64,000 nucleotides of DNA from contig OZ024757.1 of the NCBI GenBank assembly GCA_964016885.1, positions 26,350,001-26,414,000 on the forward strand. Direction: 5' to 3'. Source of the DNA: Eledone cirrhosa (Eukaryota). The notes beneath the pieces were generated by a model. That model saw nothing but the letters and a program-made list of their open reading frames with translations, did no database searches and was not told where the DNA came from. Shown piece by piece: positions 54,193 to 64,000 of the stretch; within the stretch, counting starts at the first letter, position 1; the number at the start of each line of letters is the position of its first letter. The translations under genes were made by a program, and so were the position numbers.

Positions 54193-54229
<37 letters not shown>

Positions 54230-54292
54230 GTATATACATCATCTTCCTTATCATCGTTTAACATCTATCTTCCACGCTAGCATGGGTTAGAC

Positions 54293-54338
<46 letters not shown>

Positions 54339-54639
54339 GTATATATATATATGCATATACATACACACAAATATGTGAATAGATACAATGATAAATACAT
54401 GGGTAGATAGGAATGTATGTGAGATATTCAAGAGATATTTGTATATGCATAGGGTAGATGTATTGATATAGATATATGGCTTTACTTATCTGCTGATCGA
54501 TATGTTTGTTAGATATATGCATGTGTGGTTGCATATCGGTGCCTATATATGTGTGTGTGTATGTGTATATAAATATGTATATATATATTTATATATATAT
54601 GGCTATATATATGTATATATATATATATATAGACATATG

Positions 54640-54748
<109 letters not shown>

Positions 54749-54829
54749 ATTGTTGAGAATATTCTGCAATATTGTCGCATTAAATTCTGAAAATAGCTGA
54801 ACAGAATGTGTAAATGGATCAAAGAGAGA

Positions 54830-55770
54830 CTCAAGTGGTGATGATGATGATGGTGGTGTAGTGTGGTGTGGTGTGGTGTGGATCAAGGTAAACAAAGATG
54901 GGGATGAGCAGCGTGGTGGTGGCTCAAAGTGTAGATGAGCAGTGTGGTGGTGGATCAAAGAATAGAAGAATGGTGTGGTGGTGGCTCAAAGTGTAGATGA
55001 GCAGTGTGGTGGTGGATCAAAGCATAGAAGAATGGTGTGGTGAAGGATAAGATAAACAACGGCGGTATATATATTTTTGTTTTATATCAAGGTAATAAAT
55101 GATGGTGTGGTGTTTACAGATTAAGGTAAAGAAAGATGGTGGTGGTGGTGTGGTGTTTACAGATTAAGGTAAAGGCAGATAGTGGTGGTGGTGATGGGGT
55201 TTATGGATCAAGGTAAAGGAAGATGGTGGTGGTGTTTATGGATCAAGGTAAAAGAAGATGGTGTTTATGGATTAACATAAAGATGGTGGTGATGGTGGTG
55301 TGTTTACAGATTAACATAAAGATGGTGGTGGTGGTGTCTATGGATCAACAAAAATCAAGATGGGGTCTGTTTACAGACCATGGTATTGAATGGTGGTGCT
55401 GGTGGTTTATCAAAGTAATGAATACTTGTGAGTGATGGATCAAAGATAAATGATGGTAGTAGTGGTGGTGGTGGTATTTATGGGTCAAGCTAAAGAATGA
55501 TGGTGTGTGGTGGGGGTGTTTATGGATCAAGGGAAAGAAGGATGATGGAGGTGGGGCTGTCTATGGATCAAGGGAAAGAAGGGTGATGGATGGGTGTGTG
55601 ATGGGGGTGGTGTCTGTGGATCAAGGGAAAGAAGGATGGGTGTGTAGTGGTGAGAGGTGTGTTTATGGATCAAGCAAAAGAAGGGTGGTGGTGAGGGGGG
55701 TGTTTATGGATCAAGCAAAAGAAGAATGATGGTGGTGAGCATGGTGTCTATGGATCAAGGGAGAGAAGAA
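54830..55770. repeat. Degenerate array with conserved (T/C)TATGGATCAA core
   Basis: About 20 recurrences of GTGTTTATGGATCAAG..AAAGAAG separated by variable GGT-rich linkers. Confidence 0.75.
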
Positions 55771-56386
55771 CACCAGCTCAATAATGATAAAGTTATTTAT
55801 TTTACTAAACCCTTTTGGATTCTTGGGTATTTGCAAAATAATTTAGTAGAGGACGAATGTAAGTGATAGAGGTGTCTCTGTTGGAAATAACAAAAGGGAT
55901 AGTGTGTGTGTGTGTGTGGAAATAACAGAAGGGATAGTGTGTGTGTGTGTGTGAGGAAGTAACAAAAGGGATAGTATGTGTGTGTGTGTGAAGAAATAAA
56001 AGGGGTAGAGAATGTGTGTGTGAAGATATAAAAGTGGTAGAGAATGTGTGTGTGAGGAAATAAAAGGGGTAGAGAATGTGTGTGTGTATGTAAAGCTCAA
56101 GGTGGATGGTCATGTATGAAGGCTCAAGGAAAGCTCTAGTGGGGCTGTAAAAGATAATGGAAATATATTTTAGCGCATGAAAGATCAAGTAAGGATCAAA
56201 GCTGTGTGTGAGGATCAAGCAAAAATCTGGAGGTGTGTATACGTGTGTGTGAAGATCAAGCAAATATGGTGGTGGTAGTGGTGGTAGAAGTAGTATTAGT
56301 AGTGGTGGTAGTAGAAGTATTATTAATAGTGGTGGTGATGGTAGTAGTAGTAGTAGTAACAGCAGCAGCAACAGAAACTAATTTAC

Positions 56387-56450
56387 ATCCTTGCACATCA
56401 ATATTAAATCTAAAGAGTAGAGTTAATATCAATATTAACAGCGACAGCAT
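56387..56450 (-). CDS. Weak candidate signal-peptide-like exon
   Basis: MLSLLILILTLLFRFNIDVQG followed by a phase-1 donor T|gtaaat. An alternative frame reads TQLKQKTNQCCRC*. Confidence 0.2.
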
Positions 56451-56501
56451 TGGTTTGTTTTTTGTTTCAACTGTGTCTGGTCAACCAACAGTAACTCACA
56501 A

Positions 56502-56615
56502 AGTGAAGGTGTGTAGCTTAGTGGTTAAAGTGTTAAGCTCAGAATCATAAGGTTGTGAGTTCGGTTCCCAGCAACGCATTGTGTTCTTTGACTATGACAC
56601 TGTATTTCACAGTTA
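56502..56615 (+). mobile_element. tRNA-derived SINE (CORE/V-like)
   Basis: GTGAAGGTGTGTAGCTTAGTGGTTAAAGTG...GTGAGTTCGGTTCCC...TTGTGTTCTTTGACTATGACACTGTATTTCAC. Confidence 0.7.
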
Positions 56616-56969
56616 AGTTACGGCACATTAACACAATCACAGACAAAAATGTAAACAGATACAGACCCTCACATATACACACTTTACACTTTCACACATA
56701 CACACACACACACATACACACACACACACATAAACACACATATACATATGTCATCATCATCATCGTCGTCATCGTTTAACGTTCATTTTCCATGCTAGCA
56801 TGGGTGGGGTAGGCTGTCCCTTTGTGAGAGATCAGGTTGGAGGACCGTGTTTCGCTCACACAGGACTGATTTTAGCTTGGTTTCTACAGCTGGATGCTCT
56901 TCCTAGCGCCAACCACATTCACAGTGTGTGCCATGTATATATCTTCCTCACCCACTTATACGTGAGAGG

Positions 56970-57735
56970 GTCAGGTAGGCAGAGTCCTCAAACACACCTT
57001 CCAGTGGGTCCTGACAGAAGCAACCATCTCCAATTTATCCGGCTGGATCCCCAAGCGAGACAAACCAAGCTCATGAAGGTTATCCAACTATCTTATTCAG
57101 AGTCTACCCTTGGGTCTCCTGCCAGTTGGTTTTGCCCATAAAATCTGTCCAGTAATTCTTTCTTGAGACATTCTAACCACATGGCCATAGTATCGGAGCT
57201 GTGATCTCTCAATTCGGAGAAGTAGCAGCTCTACCTGGAGTGACTCCCTGATCTTCCAGCTACACACTTTATTGAGTAACGTTACTGCAAGGACCCTTTG
57301 AAGGAATGCCATTTCTGCCACTTGCATTCACGATCATATTCTTTCAGACATTACCCAAGATTCATGCCCATAAGTATGGGTTGGCACGGATACCAGAGTG
57401 AAAATAGAGAGAGTTTCCGTTTTACACCTACCTCCCTTTTTCTGATTACTGAATGCTGAAGCTGGTGTATTACTGCACCAGCTCCTGCAATTCTTGCACT
57501 TAATTCACTCCTGCTTTCCATCACTTGTGAACATGGCCCCAAGATACTTGAACTTCTCTACCTGCTTCAGTAGAAATCCATTCACATATGGAGTGCACTG
57601 CACAGGCTTCCTTGAGAGGATGAGTGTCTCAGTCTTTACAGCACTGATTTTTATTCCAGCCATGCAGCACTTGGCATCAAACCTATCAAGTGCATGTCAG
57701 AGATCACCTTCTGATGAGTTAAGTAATACCACTTC
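56970..57735 (-). pseudogene. RTE LINE (family D) RT fragment
   Basis: GIKISAVKTETLIL...QVEKFKYLGAMF; QVAEMAFLQRV...RIERSQLRYYGHVVRM...KPTGRRPKGR, with frameshifts. Confidence 0.85.
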
Positions 57736-57837
57736 CAACCCAGCTGTGCATAACAATGGTGTTCATGAAAATTATAAATCTATCACACATATCTATCTAT
57801 CTATATCTATATCTATATATATATATATATATATAAA

Positions 57838-58468
57838 ATAATAATTGTTTCTACTTTTTGGCACAGGGCCAGCAATTTTTTTCCAGTGCATTACTGGTAC
57901 TTTATTTTATCATACCAGTAATACACTGGGATAATTGCTCGACCTGTGCCAAAAAGTAGAAACAATTATTATTATTATATATATATAGGTGGTGGATTGG
58001 CAGTATCGGTAGAGGGTCGGACGCCATGCTTTCCAGCATAGTTACGTCCCTTTACGATCTGAGTTCAAATCCCGCCGAGGTTAACTTTGCCTTTCATCCT
58101 TACGGGGTCGATAAAATAAAGTACCAGTAATGAACTGGATAATTGCTGGCCTTGTGCCTAAAGTAGAAACAATTATTATATATATATATATAATATAATA
58201 TATAATATAATTATTATTATTATATATATAGCGAGGTTAACTTTGCCTTTCATCCTTACGGGGTTGATAAAATAAAGTACCAGTAATACACTGAGTAATT
58301 GCTGGCCTTGTGCCAAAAGTAGAAACAATTATTATATATATAGCGGGGAAGATGGACGTTAAACGAAGATGATGATGATGATAATAATAATAATTGTTTC
58401 TACTTTTGGCACAAGGCCAGCAATTACCCAGTGTATTACTGGTACTTTATTTTACCGACCCCGTAAGG
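57838..58468. mobile_element. Cluster of main-family SINEs in both orientations
   Basis: Tail hairpin 57838-57970, full plus copy 57988-58175, plus partial 58232-58330 and minus partial 58392-58468. Confidence 0.85.
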
Positions 58469-58513
58469 AATAATAATAAAAGGACGATTTGTTATGTTTT
58501 CATGACGCCTATT

Positions 58514-58604
58514 GAGTAGTGACACACATTTCGCTATTGATCAGCTGAAGGTTCAATCTGTATTGATCTCTCCTGACTCAGGAATCAAAAGCTCATCGGA
58601 GCTC
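58514..58604 (-). ncRNA. Degenerate hammerhead motif within an inverted repeat
   Basis: CCGATGA-GCTTTTGAT...ATCAATAGC-GAAA-TGTGT-GTC. Inverted partial copy at 58752-58822 (GCGAAACACACGTC). Confidence 0.5.
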
Positions 58605-58958
58605 TGCTGTGGTAATGACAGAATGAACCTGTAGGGCTTAGAAAGGTTTATAACGATTCATATTCATTTATGGGGGTCAGTTACTGTTGTTTTGATTGGT
58701 GGTTTTGCTATAAGGAATGTTTTGGTATGTGTGTTTTGCTATGTTTTGGTAGGGTCGGGCTAGATCGATACAGATCAAACCTTGAGCTGATCAATAGCGA
58801 AACACACGTCACTACTCAATACACTCTGCATAGTTCTACACCACTTTACCGACTGGAAACTATGCACCGAGTGCTCACTCGGGCGAACCTAAAGTAACTG
58901 CACATTACATTCCCCAGATATATATATATATATAAAGGATGATGATATATAGATATAG

Positions 58959-59008
<50 letters not shown>

Positions 59009-59204
59009 ATATATATATATATATGGGATAACAAGTTATCTGTATTGTGGATAGTTTTAACGTATGGCTTTGTTTGACTCAACAAGATGTTTCCATAGCT
59101 AGGTAGCGAGATTGCGAGAATTCCTATGTAGGTTATACTTGGAGTAATAATAGGGAGAGTATGAAGAATAACATGGTCGGCTGTACAACAAGGGGCTCTA
59201 TTTC

Positions 59205-59319
59205 AAGTATTAACAATTGTTTCATTGATCAGGTGAGTCTAAAGGCATCTAATCACTCAAAGTTGCGTCACTCGACCTTAAATACAGTGTTTACCTCTGA
59301 TCAAATCATCAGAATACTT
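59205..59319 (-). ncRNA. Type-I hammerhead motif with extended stem II
   Basis: AAGTATT-CTGATGA-T TTGATCAG...CTGATCAA T-GAAA-CAATTG-TT-AATACTT. Perfect 7-bp stem I, 8-bp stem II base, palindromic stem III. Confidence 0.8.
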
Positions 59320-59748
59320 AGCCCTACCTACCCCTTATGTCTCATCCTCGTATCTCTCACTTAATTTTTAATTTATTGTTTTTTATCTTTTATCTGTCAT
59401 TTGTTACTACCCCTTATTCTCTACTTCTAACCCTTTGACCACCACGTATATGTATGTATATATCTAATGTTGCTTTTCATGTTAGTATTACCTCCACCTC
59501 CACATCTTTATACAGACACTTACTCACCACCACCACCACCACTATTATCAACTATCGTATTCTATACTTATATTTTTTTTACCTATTTTTATAATTTATT
59601 TATTTTATTTATTTTTTTTTTATTTATATTATTTTTTTACTTTTTACATCTGTAACTTCTTTACCTCTTTATCATTATATTTTATTATTGATGTTATTGT
59701 TTTGATTCTACGCTGTATCTATATATACCATTGCCATGTGAGTTCTCT

Positions 59749-59861
59749 AGCATTCTGAGGATTTGATCAGAGGTAAACACTGTATTTAAGGTCGAGTGAC
59801 GCAACTTCGAGTGATTAGTGGCCTCTAGACTCACCTGATCAATGAAACAATTGTTAATACT
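59749..59861 (+). ncRNA. Type-I hammerhead motif (inverted copy of 59205-59319)
   Basis: AGCATT-CTGAGGA-TTTGATCAG...CTGATCAAT-GAAA-CAATTG-TT-AATACT. Confidence 0.75.
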
Positions 59862-60082
59862 TGAAATAGAGCCCCTTGTTGTACAGCCGACCATGGTATT
59901 CTTCATACTCTCACTATATATATATATACATAAATATATATATATATATATATATGTAGGAGGTGAGTTTTATTGTAGTACAATAAAGCAATGCAGATAT
60001 CGGATAAGAAGCACTCTACAGTTTGTAGGACTGGAGTATACATAATATATAAGATCAAAAGATGGTTAAAGGAGTTCCATGT

Positions 60083-60151
60083 ATTTTATTATGCGCATTT
60101 CAAAAACAAACATCATCATGCAATAATATTTGTGTTTTCATCAGATAAAAC
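60083..60151 (-). ncRNA. Minimal type-I hammerhead ribozyme motif
   Basis: GTTTTAT-CTGATGA-AAACACAAATATTATT..ATGATGTTTGTTTTT-GAAA-TGCGCA-TA-ATAAAAT. Lies between about 47-bp inverted repeats (60043-60089 and 60213-60260). Confidence 0.8.
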
Positions 60152-60251
60152 AGGAGAACATGATATGAAGGCTAAAAAACACTTGTGGATAGTGCAGTTT
60201 TAAATCAACATATATAAAATACATGGAACTCCTTTAACCATCTTTTGATCT

Positions 60252-60287
<36 letters not shown>

Positions 60288-60289
<2 letters not shown>

Positions 60290-60478
60290 CATGGGTTAGA
60301 CGGGTTTGTCCCACTTGAGGCAAGTTTGGTCAGGTCACCGTGTCTCGCTCTTATAGAACTGTATCTGGATGGTTTTCTACGGCTGGATGCCCTTCCTAGC
60401 GCCAACCGCATTTACAGTGTGGACTGGGTGCTTTTTTGTTGTGACACCCACACAACCACTTTTGTGTGGGCTGGATGT
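60288..60478 (-). mobile_element. RTE family B 3' UTR fragment
   Basis: GCATGGGTTAGACGG...GGATGCCCTTCCTAGCGCCAACC. Confidence 0.8.
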
Positions 60479-60530
60479 TATATATATATATATCTATATA
60501 TATATACATATACATATATATATATATATC

Positions 60531-60567
<37 letters not shown>

Positions 60568-60568
60568 C

Positions 60569-60603
<35 letters not shown>

Positions 60604-60604
60604 C

Positions 60605-60640
<36 letters not shown>

Positions 60641-60759
60641 TATATATATCTATATATATATATATATATATATATCTATATATATATATATACATATATA
60701 TATAAAACACTTAAACATATATTCATATACATACACAACTATCTATGTGTGTATATATT

Positions 60760-60806
<47 letters not shown>

Positions 60807-60906
60807 ATATATATCTATATATATATATACATATATATACATATATATATAAAACACTTAAACATATATTCATATACATACACAACTATCTATGTGTGTA
60901 TATATT

Positions 60907-61000
<94 letters not shown>

Positions 61001-61175
61001 AAACACTTAAACATATATTCATATACATACACAACTATCTATGTGTGTATATATTTATATATATATATATGTCCAACCCGTGTAAGCAGGGAAAAAGCGG
61101 ACATAAAATGATGATGATGATGATATGCATATTGTTGAACCTATGTAAGCTTGCAAAAACAGATGTAAAAATGAT

Positions 61176-61218
<43 letters not shown>

Positions 61219-61362
61219 TATAGATAATTGTGTATGTATATCAATGTGTTTATACACACCATATGTACATAAATAATTCTATATGAACATACTTAAACAA
61301 CGTGTGTGCATGCATATGTACTTATGTATATGTATGTATATATATATATATGTATGTATGTT

Positions 61363-61452
<90 letters not shown>

Positions 61453-61777
61453 ATCAAGACAGTGACAACTGTTAAAAAAACCCGACAAACATATACAGAC
61501 GTTTACACATTGAGATATATAACAAATACACACTGACATACACACACACACACACATACACATACACACACATACACACACACTGACACACACACACACA
61601 TACACACACAGACATATACACACACACATTTGCATGCACCACCAAGCACACATTCTATGCTTGACTGCACAAGCTCGCAGACACACATGTGCATGCTGCA
61701 CAGCGGGATACAACTCTAGACCCCCCAGCCACCCCCCCGCTGCATCTCATTCACACACTTCGCAAACTATATGCGCT

Positions 61778-62282
61778 CACACATGCACACACAGATGCAC
61801 ATACATACACACACACACACACACATGCACACACAGATGCACATACACACACACACAGATGCACATACATACACACACACACACACGCACACACAGATGC
61901 ACATACATACACATACACACACATGCACACACAGATGCACATACATACACATACACACACATGCACACACAGATGCACATACACACACATGCACACACAG
62001 ATGCACATACACACACACACACATACACACAGATGCACATACATACACATACACACACATGCGCACACAGATGCACATACATACACATACACACACACAT
62101 GCACACACAGATGCACATACACACACATGCACACACAGATGCACATACACACACACACACACACACGCACACACAGATGCACATACATACACATACAGAC
62201 ACATGCACACACAGATGCACATACATACACACACACACACACATGCACACACAGATGCACATACATACACATGCACACACAG
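61778..62282. repeat. CA-based minisatellite with CACATGCACACACAGATGCACATAC core
   Basis: Direct inspection, about 14 copies. Confidence 0.9.
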
Positions 62283-62724
62283 CGGCACAGACACACACAC
62301 ACACACACACGCATAAAGCACACCACTCTCTAACCCCCAACCCCCACCCCACCACCACTCCCCCCCCCCCATACGGCCCCATAACCACCCCCACCCCACC
62401 CCAGCCCCACCCCACCGCCTCTCTAAACATATTAGGCTTTACTAGTGTGTACTCGTCTTCTTCGGGATGAACATGCCAACATCAGATAGGTTGCATAGCA
62501 AGTGCTGGATCGATAAAACGAGGTATTGCACTGGTGTTGTTTTTGCTGCTACTGAACACTATGGCTGGCTGCAGTGTGCAGTGTGCAGTGTGCAGTGTGC
62601 AGTGTGCAGTGTGCAGTGGTGTCCATACTAACTACCACAAATTTCTCTATAGGAATTTAGACAGAACACGCATGCATGTGTGTGTATATATATATATATA
62701 TGTATATGTATATGTATATGTATG

Positions 62725-62755
<31 letters not shown>

Positions 62756-63305
62756 ATATATATGTATGTATGTATATATATATATATGTATATATGTGTA
62801 TGTATATATATATATGTATGTATGTATATATATATGTATATGTATGTATATATATATGTATATGTATATATATATGTATGTATATATATATGTATATGTA
62901 TATATGTATGTATATATATATGTATATGTATATATGTATGTATATATATATGTATATGTATATATGTATGTATATATATATGTATATGTATATATGTATG
63001 TATATATATATGTATATGTATATATGTATGTATATATATATGGATATAAATATATGTATATATATATAAATATTTACTCGTTGTTAACCCAACAATTTAA
63101 ATATAACTTTCCATGTATATATATATATATATTTATGTATATAGATATATGTATATAAATATATGTATATATATATATATATGTGTGTGTGTGTATATAA
63201 ATATATGTATATATATATATATGTATGTGAGTGTGTCCCACCCTTGCAAGCAGGGAAAAGCGGACGTAAAATGATGATGTTGATGATGTGTGTGTGTATA
63301 TATAA

Positions 63306-63378
<73 letters not shown>

Positions 63379-63466
63379 CACTTATATATATACATTTATA
63401 TGTCCCACCCTTGCAAGCAGGGAAAAGCGGACATAAAATGATGATGTTGATGATGATGTGTGTGTG

Positions 63467-63503
<37 letters not shown>

Positions 63504-63578
63504 TTCATTTTACGTCCACTTTTTCCCTGCTTGCAAGGGTGGGACATATAAATGTATATATATAAGTGTATATATAAA

Positions 63579-63646
<68 letters not shown>

Positions 63647-63651
<5 letters not shown>

Positions 63652-63728
63652 GGTGTCCTAAAAAATGTATACATATTTCAACAACAGATAACTCAAAGTG
63701 TGGGTACATTTTAGGAGGACACCCTGTA
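63647..63728. mobile_element. Tc1/mariner-type mini-MITE
   Basis: TA-CAGGGTGTCCT ... AGGACACCCTG-TA; related to 30250-30333. Confidence 0.75.
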
Positions 63729-63751
63729 TGTATATATGTATAATATATATA

Positions 63752-63798
<47 letters not shown>

Positions 63799-64000
63799 AA
63801 GCAAGTGTTTAAAATACTATAGTATTTAAAACATTCATATATCAACTGAATGTACACTCAATACTGGCAGGTAGTATTGAGTATAAGAAGAAAAGTGACA
63901 GTTTATGTTGTGTATATATTCGTTTGTATACACACACGTGTATAATAAATTATACACGTGTGTGTATAATTTATTTTTTAAGAAAAGTGACAGTTTTCTA

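Noticed and set aside
59161-59906. Two paralogous 67-70-aa ORFs (MKN.MVGCTTRGS...)
   Set aside because: They are antisense readings of the hammerhead-containing inverted repeat arms, not protein genes.
62430-62620. miR-92-like (TATTGCAC) and miR-31-like partial matches; possible first exon
   Set aside because: The matches are only 8-11 nt with no precursor hairpin, and the splice and ORF signals are not convincing.

Overview
AT-rich, repeat-saturated metazoan genomic DNA, not prokaryotic. The tRNA-derived SINEs, RTE LINEs with (GAT)n tails and very dense (TA)n/(CA)n/(GGT)n microsatellites suggest an octopus or other coleoid cephalopod; this organism call is an inference. Almost all listed ORFs are translation artefacts of simple repeats. 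Real coding-derived sequence is limited to decayed retroelements: several RTE-clade LINE families, a Tx1/L1-clade LINE, a Penelope-like GIY-YIG endonuclease and a CR1/Jockey 3' end. A few short unique islands have minus-strand splice signals and may be exons of a host gene with long introns. Non-autonomous piggyBac-, hAT- and Tc1/mariner-type MITEs are present. The most notable finding is about 15 minimal type-I hammerhead ribozyme motifs (CUGANGA...GAAA...NUH, with closing stem I and usually a palindromic stem III) on both strands. Five lie within 2.3 kb, several sit in inverted repeats, and one group lies next to the Penelope ORF. Other notable features are two 5'-inverted (twin-primed) RTE insertions, head-to-head SINE hairpins, and minisatellites derived from SINE and LINE tails.
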